DNA of 64,000 nt from an uncultured Bacteroidales bacterium (GTDB lineage: Bacteria > Bacteroidota > Bacteroidia > Bacteroidales > FEN-979). The position numbers were made by a program, and so were the translations under genes. The stretch is taken from contig CAIWXI010000049.1 in NCBI GenBank assembly GCA_903916595.1, forward strand, positions 23,396-87,395. Reading direction: 5' to 3'. The notes beneath the pieces are model-generated. The model was not told the DNA's origin and did not search any database. It saw only the letters and a program-made list of their open reading frames with translations. This document shows positions 36,658 to 45,200 of this stretch, one piece after another (the stretch's first letter is position 1; the number at the start of each line of letters is the position of its first letter).

Positions 36658-36713
36658 CAGATAACGGATAATGGATAATGGATAACGGATGGCAGATGGC
36701 ATCCATCATCTGA
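36658..36713. repeat. eight phased heptamers CAGATAA CGGATAA TGGATAA TGGATAA CGGATGG CAGATGG | CATCCAT CATCTGA
   Basis: Read directly. Lies in the flippase-operon leader between the -7 box (36732-36739, minus) and ATG 36650. Confidence 0.9.
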
Positions 36714-36731
36714 CGCTAACCTCCAAGTGTC

Positions 36732-36739
36732 CAAAATTA
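36732..36739 (-). promoter_or_regulatory. -7 box TAatTTTG for the flippase-dut-TPR... operon
   Basis: Left half of the palindrome CCAAAATTA-atca-TAATTTTGG. Confidence 0.5.
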
Positions 36740-36743
36740 ATCA

Positions 36744-36751
36744 TAATTTTG
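36744..36751 (+). promoter_or_regulatory. -7 box TAatTTTG for RNase H gene
   Basis: Right half of the same palindrome, 16 nt upstream of ATG 36768. Confidence 0.5.
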
Positions 36752-36767
36752 GGCTGATAAATAAACG

Positions 36768-37400
36768 ATGGCAAAATCAAAATATTACGTCGTCTGGAAC
36801 GGCCGTAAACCCGGGATCTACGAGGGATGGGATAAATGCAGGGATCAGGTTGCAGGATTTACCGGGGCGAAGTTCAAAGGCTTTCCCACGGCCGACCTGG
36901 CCCGAGGCGCTCTGAACGACGATCCCCGGAAGTACATGGAGAAAGGACTTCAGACGCCGAAAAAGATCATCTGTAAAAATCCCCTGGTCGGTGAACCCAT
37001 TGCCGACAGTATCTGTGTCGACGCGGCTTGCAGCGGTAACCCCGGGGTTCTCGAATACCGAGGGGTTGATACCGCTTCAGGTGCAGAGTTGTTCAAGGTC
37101 GGGCCTTTCCCCCAGGGTACGGTGAACATAGGTGAGTTCCTTGCCGTTGTGCATGCACTTGCATATCTGAAACAAAGAGGTTCAGACTGGCCCATCTACT
37201 CCGATTCCCGCACAGCTCTTGCCTGGCTCAGGAAAAGAGCCATCAACACCAAACTCGAAGTATCAGATAAAAACAGGGAACTGTTTAAACTGGTCGACCG
37301 GGCTGTTTCCTGGATCAGGAACAACTGCTGGAAAAATCCCGTACTGAAGTGGGAAACCGAATACTGGGGGGAGATTCCTGCTGATTTTGGCAGGAAATGA
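36768..37400 (+). CDS. RNase H (type 1) with an N-terminal hybrid-binding / caulimovirus-VI-like domain
   Basis: N-terminus YYVVWNGRKPGIYEGWDKCRDQVAGFTGAKFKGF, then an RNase H-like core (ICVDAACSGNPGVLEYRGV, GEFLAVVHAL, IYSDS). Confidence 0.75.
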   Translation: MAKSKYYVVWNGRKPGIYEGWDKCRDQVAGFTGAKFKGFPTADLARGALNDDPRKYMEKGLQTPKKIICKNPLVGEPIADSICVDAACSGNPGVLEYRGVDTASGAELFKVGPFPQGTVNIGEFLAVVHALAYLKQRGSDWPIYSDSRTALAWLRKRAINTKLEVSDKNRELFKLVDRAVSWIRNNCWKNPVLKWETEYWGEIPADFGRK

Positions 37401-37404
37401 GCAG

Positions 37405-37435
37405 TTATCCGATATCGGATAAAGTCGGATAAAAC
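37405..37435. repeat. perfect palindrome TTATCCGATATCGGATAA plus an extra CGGATAA copy
   Basis: Read directly. Overlaps the yraN stop, 5 nt after the RNase H stop. Confidence 0.85.
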
Positions 37436-37779
37436 GCATCGGGGATATGACTGATTTCAGTGCCCTTATCATCCGCAATTACTGAAACAACATCGAACCT
37501 TACTTCACCCTGGAATCTCCTGAATTTCACAAATGCATTTGCAGCCCTGATCAGCAGCTTTTGTTTTGCAGGTGTGACCCATTTCGACGGCTCTCCAAAA
37601 TACCTTGTGTTCCGTGTTTTAACTTCTACAATTACAAGAACCCCTTTCTCTGTGGCAACAATATCAATTTCGGCCTTCCCTGCCCGGAAGTTGCGTGCCA
37701 GGATCTTCATACCTTTCGCAAGAAGGAACTCTGCCGCAAGGGCTTCGCCTTTTTTTCCGAGGTCGTAGGACCTACTCAT
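37405..37779 (-). CDS. yraN: YraN family (UPF0102) endonuclease-like protein
   Basis: 124 aa. GKKGEALAAEFLLAKGMKILARNFRAGKAEIDIVA...VIVEVKTR is the YraN/PD-(D/E)xK signature. Confidence 0.8.
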   Translation of the reverse strand: MSRSYDLGKKGEALAAEFLLAKGMKILARNFRAGKAEIDIVATEKGVLVIVEVKTRNTRYFGEPSKWVTPAKQKLLIRAANAFVKFRRFQGEVRFDVVSVIADDKGTEISHIPDAFYPTLSDIG

Positions 37780-37820
37780 TCAACATTCGATATTCGTTGT
37801 TCAACATTCGATATTCATTT
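37780..37820. repeat. two 21-nt units TCAACATTCGATATTC(n5)
   Basis: Read directly. Fills the spacer between the LD-carboxypeptidase stop and the yraN ATG. Confidence 0.9.
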
Positions 37821-37822
37821 TA

Positions 37823-38722
37823 TTAAAACCCCAGCTCTACTTCTTCCCCAACAATCATCTTCACCTTTCGCCCCATGATCAGCGCGAGGTTTTCGGGGCC
37901 ATGGCCTGAGGGGAAATCAAAGCAAACCGGGTACTTGTATTCTTTTACCGCATCGGCAATGATCTGCTGTGACGTTTTGCCAAAGGGAATCGTGTTATCT
38001 TTCATGCCTTGCATACTGCCCACGATAAGGCCTTTGAGCTCTCTGAGCATTCCGGCCCGTTTCAGGTTCATCATCATGCGGTCGACATGATACAAATATT
38101 CATCGACATCCTCAATAAACAAAATCTTTCCTTTGGTATCGATCTGGGAATGCGAGCCCATAAGACTGCAGAGTATCGAAAGGTTGCCTCCCGTGAGTAT
38201 GCCTTCCGAGAGTCCGCAACGGTCATATGATGTGGCTTTTTTCGAATAGGCCAGGGATTCTCCGAACAAAGCTTTCCGCAGTGTTTCTATTGAAGCATTG
38301 TCAAAGTGGTTTTCGGTCATATTCAGGGGCATGGTGGCGTGCAGGGTCTCGATGCCGAATTGCCTCTGAATATGGGAATGCATCACCGTAATATCGCTGT
38401 AACCCACAATCCATTTGGGGTGGCTCAGAAATCCTGTGAAATCAAGGCGGTCGATGATCCTCACGCTGCCATACCCTCCCCGGGCACAGATGATCGCCCG
38501 TATCGATTGATCATCGAGCATGGTCTGGAAGTCCTTCGTCCTCTGGGCATCAGTACCGGCAAACTGGTCTTCGCTATTAAAGACATAGGTCCCGAGGATC
38601 ACTTCAAGCTCCCATTTCCGGAATAGCTTCATAGCCAGGTGCAGCTCATCAAATGAGACCGCCCGCGCCGGGGAAACAATGGCGATCCTGTCGCCTCTCT
38701 GGAGGTAAGGTGGCTGAATCAT
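37823..38722 (-). CDS. LD-carboxypeptidase (peptidase S66)
   Basis: GDRIAIVSPA, GYSDITVMH (Ser nucleophile context) and a C-terminal FDFPSGHG motif. Confidence 0.8.
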   Translation of the reverse strand: MIQPPYLQRGDRIAIVSPARAVSFDELHLAMKLFRKWELEVILGTYVFNSEDQFAGTDAQRTKDFQTMLDDQSIRAIICARGGYGSVRIIDRLDFTGFLSHPKWIVGYSDITVMHSHIQRQFGIETLHATMPLNMTENHFDNASIETLRKALFGESLAYSKKATSYDRCGLSEGILTGGNLSILCSLMGSHSQIDTKGKILFIEDVDEYLYHVDRMMMNLKRAGMLRELKGLIVGSMQGMKDNTIPFGKTSQQIIADAVKEYKYPVCFDFPSGHGPENLALIMGRKVKMIVGEEVELGF

Positions 38723-38727
38723 ATTCG

Positions 38728-38735
38728 CAAAAGTA
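38728..38735 (-). promoter_or_regulatory. -7 box TActTTTG, 5 nt upstream of the LD-carboxypeptidase ATG
   Basis: The plus strand reads CAAAAGTA, the same octamer as at mutY. Confidence 0.4.
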
Positions 38736-38748
38736 ATAAATTGATTTG

Positions 38749-38756
38749 TATCTTTG
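38749..38756 (+). promoter_or_regulatory. -7 box TAtcTTTG for metG
   Basis: 15 nt upstream of ATG 38772. Confidence 0.55.
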
Positions 38757-38771
38757 TGGTCTGTTTTACTG

Positions 38772-40823
38772 ATGATGGAACGACCGGATTATAAACGCTA
38801 TACTGTAACTTCTGCACTTCCCTACGCTAACGGTCCAATTCATATTGGCCACCTGGCCGGGGTCTACGTGCCTGCCGATATTTTTGTTCGTTTTCTGCGG
38901 ATGAACGGGGAGGATGTGATCTTTATCGGGGGTTCCGATGAACACGGGGTCCCGATCACCATCAAGGCCTTGCAGCAGGGGATTCATCCCCAGCAGGTAG
39001 TTGATAAATTCCATGGCATCATCAAGCAGTCTTTTGAGGACTTCGGGATCACATTCGACATCTATTCACGCACATCCAACCCTATACATCATGAAACAGC
39101 CTCGGCATTCTTTAAAAAGATGTATGGTGCAGGGCAGTTTATAGAGAAAGTATCGCAGCAGTATTATGATGAAGCAACCGGTCATTTCCTGGCCGACCGG
39201 TATATCACCGGAACCTGTCCGCACTGCCAGTACGACAAAGCATATGGTGATCAATGCGAGAGATGCGGCACTTCTCTGAATGCCACCGACCTCATCAACC
39301 CGAAATCGGTATTAAGCGGAAATGCACCTGTGCTTAGGGAAACCCGGCATTGGTTCCTGCCTCTCGACCAGTACGAGCCATGGCTCAGGGAATGGATCCT
39401 TGAAGGTCATAAGGATGACTGGAAAACCAATGTTTACGGACAGTGTAAGTCGTGGATCGACCAGGGTCTTCAGCCCCGGGCTGTGACCCGCGACCTGGAC
39501 TGGGGGGTGAAAGTGCCTGTAGATGGAGCCGATGGCAAGGTCCTTTATGTATGGTTTGACGCCCCTATCGGGTATATTTCGGCAACCCGCGAGCTGAGGC
39601 CTGATTGGGAAAAATACTGGAAGGACAAGGAAACCAAGCTGGTTCATTTTATCGGCAAGGACAATATCGTGTTCCATTGTATTATTTTCCCGGCCATGTT
39701 AAAGGCCGAAGGCACGTATATCCTTCCCGACAATGTGCCCGCCAATGAATTTCTGAACCTGGAAGGCGACAAGATCTCTACATCCAGAAACTGGGCCGTT
39801 TGGCTGCATGAATATTTGCAGGAATTCCCCGGCAAACAGGATGTACTGCGTTATGTGCTCACGGCGAATGCCCCTGAGACCAAGGACAATGACTTCACCT
39901 GGAAGGATTTTCAGGCTAAAAACAACAATGAGCTGGTAGCTATTCTGGGGAATTTCGTGAACCGCACCATGGTGCTTACCCATAAATATTTCGAAGGCCT
40001 TGTGCCTCAGCAGGGAGAACTTACACCCGGAGATCAGGCCGTGCTTCATGAGATGAAGCAGATCCCTTCGCGCATTGCAATAAGCCTTTATGCCTACCGT
40101 TTCCGCGAGGCCCTGGCCGAGATGATGAATCTGGCGAGGCTTGGTAACAAATACCTTACCGATAACGAACCCTGGAAACTTTATCCGGCCGATAAGGTTA
40201 GGGTGGCAACCGTGTTACATATTTCCCTGCAGATCTGCGCCGGATTATCAATTATTGCAGAACCGTTTTTGCCATTCTCTGCAGCAAAGATCAGACAAAC
40301 TTTAAATCTGCCGCGGTATCCCTGGAAGGATGCCTTGCTTTGTAACTGGCTGGAGCCCGGGCAGAAGCTCAATCCGCCGGAATTATTATTCGAAAAAATA
40401 GATGACGAAACCATTCAGAAACAGGTTCAAAAGCTTATGGACACGAAAGCTGAAAATGCATCAGCCCAGGCAGTGACGGGTCTCAAACCCGCGAAGCCGG
40501 AAATCATCTACGAGGATTTCACGAAAATGGACATACGTGCCGGGACCATACTGGAAGCAGAAAAAGTTGCCAAGACCGACAAACTCCTGAAACTGAAGAT
40601 CGATACCGGCATTGACCATCGCACGGTGGTATCGGGCATTGCAGCCTATTTCAAACCTGAAGACATTATCGGAAAACGGGTGAGTATCCTGGTTAACCTT
40701 GCGCCCCGCAAACTCAAGGGGATTGACTCACAAGGTATGATTCTGATGGCCGAAAATACCGATGGGACTTTATTTTTTGTCACTCCGGATGAGGGAGTCC
40801 AAAACGGAGGCGATATAAAATAA
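38772..40823 (+). CDS. metG: methionine--tRNA ligase with a C-terminal tRNA-binding (EMAP-like) domain
   Basis: [11 protein letters not shown] (HIGH), Zn knuckle [23 protein letters not shown] (KMSKS variant), C-terminal [13 protein letters not shown]...GMILMAE. Start moved to ATG 38772 because the track TTG lies inside a TAtcTTTG box. Confidence 0.9.
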   Translation: MMERPDYKRYTVTSALPYANGPIHIGHLAGVYVPADIFVRFLRMNGEDVIFIGGSDEHGVPITIKALQQGIHPQQVVDKFHGIIKQSFEDFGITFDIYSRTSNPIHHETASAFFKKMYGAGQFIEKVSQQYYDEATGHFLADRYITGTCPHCQYDKAYGDQCERCGTSLNATDLINPKSVLSGNAPVLRETRHWFLPLDQYEPWLREWILEGHKDDWKTNVYGQCKSWIDQGLQPRAVTRDLDWGVKVPVDGADGKVLYVWFDAPIGYISATRELRPDWEKYWKDKETKLVHFIGKDNIVFHCIIFPAMLKAEGTYILPDNVPANEFLNLEGDKISTSRNWAVWLHEYLQEFPGKQDVLRYVLTANAPETKDNDFTWKDFQAKNNNELVAILGNFVNRTMVLTHKYFEGLVPQQGELTPGDQAVLHEMKQIPSRIAISLYAYRFREALAEMMNLARLGNKYLTDNEPWKLYPADKVRVATVLHISLQICAGLSIIAEPFLPFSAAKIRQTLNLPRYPWKDALLCNWLEPGQKLNPPELLFEKIDDETIQKQVQKLMDTKAENASAQAVTGLKPAKPEIIYEDFTKMDIRAGTILEAEKVAKTDKLLKLKIDTGIDHRTVVSGIAAYFKPEDIIGKRVSILVNLAPRKLKGIDSQGMILMAENTDGTLFFVTPDEGVQNGGDIK

Positions 40824-40831
40824 TCAGACTT

Positions 40832-41221
40832 ATGACCCGTATCCTGTTTGTCGATGACGACCCTTCGTTAGCAGAAGAAATGAAGTTCCTTTTGGAGGAA
40901 ACCGGGTTTGAGGTGACTACTGCCAATGACGGGGAGGAAGCATTCCGCATTGCCAGGGAAAAGGAGTTTGATATTGTTATTACGGATATACTGCTGATCA
41001 AGAGCCATGGAGCAGACGTGATACTTCATATGCGCCAATTTCATCCATCCGTTAAGATCCTTACAATCAGCGGAGGAGGCTGGGCTTCGGCGCAGTTTCA
41101 TCTTGATTCAGCCCGTTTATTAGGGGCTGACAGCTGTCTGGCTAAACCCTTCTCTATTGAAACTCTGGTGAAGGAGATTAACCGGCTATTGGCGAAGCCT
41201 CAAAACGACCCGGCAGAGTAA
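40832..41221 (+). CDS. single-domain response regulator (REC only)
   Basis: ILFVDDD, phospho-acceptor context DIVITDILL and LAKPF. Begins 8 nt after metG. The 3' end overlaps the convergent gene by 44 nt. Confidence 0.8.
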   Translation: MTRILFVDDDPSLAEEMKFLLEETGFEVTTANDGEEAFRIAREKEFDIVITDILLIKSHGADVILHMRQFHPSVKILTISGGGWASAQFHLDSARLLGADSCLAKPFSIETLVKEINRLLAKPQNDPAE

Positions 41222-42278
41222 CTCTTATAATTGTTCCCCGCTCGGGACTGCTGTCGATGGTGAGTGTGCCGTCGAACAGTTCCACTATCCTTCGCGAAAT
41301 TATCAAGCCCAACCCAAATCCTTGCTGTTCCTGCAATTTTCGCTCAAACTGCATGAAAGCGCCGATTTTCGTCAAATCCTGAGCTGCTATTCCACGGCCA
41401 TGATCTTCAAAAGACATTGTAAAAAATACATCTTTGATTCCGCAGTGAACAGTCACTTTTTGTCCGGGGGCGGAAAATTTGAAGGCATTGTCGCAGAGCT
41501 CTTCCACCACCTTGGAGAATTCAAGCTCGGGGATGAATGCAATGCCTTTTTCGATGTTAATAATAAGGTCGTCCTGACGTTTATATCCGGCAGCGACTTT
41601 CTGGCTGATTTTCGCGAGGATCTCATCAGCATCGGGAAGTTCAAACCGCTGAGCCCATCCGGTTTTTTTCAGTTCCAGCTGTGCATAGAGCAGATAATTC
41701 TGAATGAGACGGTATAAGCGATTAGCGCTGGTGTAAATACGATCTCCCATCAAAGGAAGTTCCTCGGGACTAAACGATTCAGGAAAATTTTTCAGCATCT
41801 GCCCGAATCCCAGTATCGCGTTCAAAGGTGTTCTCAGTTCATGAGGCAGGCTTGTAATGAGGTTATATCTGAGTTCCTGAAGGGCGGCATGGGAGCGTTC
41901 ATGCACTTCATCTGCCTTGTCGAGCCTTGCATTCACCGCTTTCAGCAATTCGTTGCGGGTAAATGGTTTTGTGATGTAGTCATCGGCTCCTTTTTCCATC
42001 CCTGACCGAATCTGTGCGCGATCAGACATCGCGGTCATAAAAACAAACGGGATCAGCGAGGTTGACGGGTTCTGCCGTAATTCAGACAGAACTTCATTTC
42101 CATCCATTTCAGGCATCATGATGTCGCAGAGAATAAGGTCAGGCAGATGTTTTTTTGCAAGTTCAACGCCTTCCTTGCCATCTGCTGCAGCAAACGTGGC
42201 ATAGCCTTCAAATGCAAACCAATATTTCACTTCGTCGCGAAGTACTTTCTGGTCTTCTACGATCAGTATTTTTTTCAT
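41178..42278 (-). CDS. REC-histidine kinase fusion (N-terminal receiver, HisKA, HATPase_c)
   Basis: REC (ILIVEDQ, LILCDIMMPEMDG, ITKPF), H-box SLPHELRTPLNAILGF, ATPase G-boxes (DHGRGI, GFGLGL). Confidence 0.85.
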   Translation of the reverse strand: MKKILIVEDQKVLRDEVKYWFAFEGYATFAAADGKEGVELAKKHLPDLILCDIMMPEMDGNEVLSELRQNPSTSLIPFVFMTAMSDRAQIRSGMEKGADDYITKPFTRNELLKAVNARLDKADEVHERSHAALQELRYNLITSLPHELRTPLNAILGFGQMLKNFPESFSPEELPLMGDRIYTSANRLYRLIQNYLLYAQLELKKTGWAQRFELPDADEILAKISQKVAAGYKRQDDLIINIEKGIAFIPELEFSKVVEELCDNAFKFSAPGQKVTVHCGIKDVFFTMSFEDHGRGIAAQDLTKIGAFMQFERKLQEQQGFGLGLIISRRIVELFDGTLTIDSSPERGTIIRVTLPGRFEASPIAG

Positions 42279-45200
42279 ACGGAAGATTTGTTGGTGATTG
42301 TTCGTGGTAAGCTTACTTTAAACAAGCTTCCCTCTTTCAGCTTACTTTTCAGGGTAATTTTACCCCCATGACGCTGAACAGATTCTTTTACAATATTCAG
42401 TCCCAGCCCGGTACCTGATATATTAGCGACATTGGAAGCCCTGTAAAATGGAGTAAACAGGAGTTTGATCTCCTCCTCCGGAATTCCTATCCCCTGATCG
42501 CGTACCGTAAGTATGACCTCCTCTTCGTTTGCATTCAAAGTTACGAAGATAGTATTTCCTGAGATTGAATATTTAATTGCATTCGACAACAGGTTGCTGA
42601 TAACCAGTTGAATGTTCTTTTTATCAAGGTTCACTTCAATGGATTCCGGTACAGATTGAAAATCGATCGCTATCTCCCGTCCGGCCTGAACTCTGAACTC
42701 TTCGATCAGATTCATCGTAAGGGCCGGGATATCGAACAGTTCAGGTTCCAGCTCCCTTTCTTTTGTCTGCAGTTTCGAAAGGCTAAGTATTTCTTCTATG
42801 ATCTTGCTTAGGTTTACTACCTGCTCTTTGATTTTTCCAAAACGTTCATCCTGCTGTTTTTCGGTCATCTTATGGCGGTAGCTTAACAAGGATTCACTGG
42901 TTGCCATAATAGTTGCGAGAGGTGTACGGAATTCATGCGAGGCTACCGAAATAAATTTCGATCTCATGCTACTGAGTTCCTTTTCTTTTTCAATGCTCTC
43001 GCGGAGGGATTCCTCATACTGCTTCCTTGAGGAGATATCAATTTTGATGGCTATAAATGATGATATCCTGCCCCCCTGGTCAAGGACCGGCGTTATGGTA
43101 AGTTCTTCCGGATAAAGAGTTCCGTCTTTTTTTCGGTTAATCAGCTCGCCGCTCCATACCATACCAGTGTTTATCGTCTCCCAAAATGTCTTATAGAATT
43201 CTTTACTTTGTTCTCCCGATTTCACAAGTTCGCCGGGAGAAAGATTAAGAATTTCCTCCATTTCATACCCGCTGAGATTCAAAAAAGCCGTGTTTGCCCA
43301 TGTAATATGACCATTCGGATCGGTAATAATGATCGGGAGTGCGAAAGATTCAAACGCTGCGCTCTGCATCATAAGTGCCGTTTCGGCTTTCAGATGTTCG
43401 GTTATGTCGCGGGAGATCCCGAACAGAACGTCTTTTTCATCCCACTTGCCCATGACCACACGGGTTTCGACCGGAATCAGGATACCTTCTTTGGTTATCA
43501 GCGGTACCGGGCAGAACAATGCACGCCCTGCCAGCATTTCGCCTACAATAAAACCTGCCTCCTCCCGCCGGTCCGGTGGATGAACTTCAAGAACATTCAT
43601 TTTGTTCAACTCTTCATTAGAATAGCCCAGGCGTTTTCTCACGACCGGATTTGTCCTGATGATTAAGCCCTGGGCATCGAGAATAAACATGAAATCGTCG
43701 ATCGTGTCGAAAAGTACCTGGAAGTTCTGCTGGCTGCGTTTAAGCAAAGTCTCTGCGTTGATACGGGAGATAGTACCTCCAATCTGTATGGCCAGGGCTT
43801 CCAGTGAAAAACGTATTTTGTCAAAAAAATCTGCTCTGGTTTTTGATCCAATGTTTATACAGCCAATGACTTCACCTTCATATTGCATTGGGAGCAGGGC
43901 CAATGACCGTAAGCCTTCTTTTTTCATTACAGGATCAAGAAGTAATTCCGATTCCGAAAAATTAAGATAGAGAACGACTCCTTCTTTTACCAGGGCGGTT
44001 TGCGGGGAATCATGATCATAAAAAGAAGTCTCTGCAATAAATTCTGCCGATAACCCATGGTGAGCCACAAGACTCAGTTTGCCTTCCGCCGAATCGAGAA
44101 GGTAAATCCCGCCGCAATCAACTCCTTCTATCTGTAGCAGAGCCGTAAGCGACAGGGATAAGGCTTCCGACATGGAAGTCATAGTACTGTGCCGGGAAGC
44201 CAGGTCGCGCTGGATACGGATAAACTGTTCGGTAGTTTTCCGCAGACTGATATCTTCAAAAATATACAGTCGTCCGAAGTATTCATTTTTCTCGCCGCGT
44301 ATCTGGGCCGAGAACCTGCGTATCGTACGTCCGTCCTGGAACGGGATCTCATCTTCGATCACGACCTCATTGAACTCATCCTGCAAGGGTTTACAAGACT
44401 CGGCAAAGGCCGGTACATCTTTTAGTACCTGCAAACAATCGGGAATAATGTCGTTGTTTTTCAATTCCCCGGTCTGCATTCGCTGTTCGAGGTGTGTTAT
44501 CCCCCATATCTCGCAGAACTGGTGGTTAAAATACAGGATTGCATCGGTGCGGTTATCCACTACAAAAAATGCGAGCGGTGATGTACTGGCCATTTTCTGC
44601 AGCAGGGATTCATTCCAGCGCAGATCATGCTGAGCTTGTTTCGATTCTGTGATGTCACGGATTATAGAAAGCGCTTCATCCTCAGCAATCACAATGTTCC
44701 GGGCTTCATAAGATCTGAGTTCTCCATGCAACAGAAGCTCGTATTCGAAAGTAACTTTTTCCTGAGTTCTGAATGCCTCTTCGAGGGCTTTCAATCCAAT
44801 TTCTGCTATTTCTGGAGGCAATACCTCCCCATAAGATTTTCCGATAAACTGATTGGCGGGCAACAGAAGGTCGTTGGGATCTCCGCTGCTTAATTCAAGG
44901 AAAATTCCCTGGCGATTGATCCGGAAAAGCAGATCTGGAACAGCATTAAGGATTGCCTGGAGTTCTTTGGTACGAACCTTTACCAGCTTTTCAAGATCGG
45001 TAGTATCTTGCTGCAGTCTGCGGTAAAGCTCCCGCTGACGGAGGTTAAGCAGAATCTGGTTTGCAATATCTTCGGCAATCTGCAAATCTTCCGGTGTAAA
45101 ATGATTGGTCTCATTGGCCATAAGGGCAAACACACCGATAAGCCGATCATTATCTATCATTGGAACACCAATTACACTTTTTATCCCCTTTTGCAATAAC

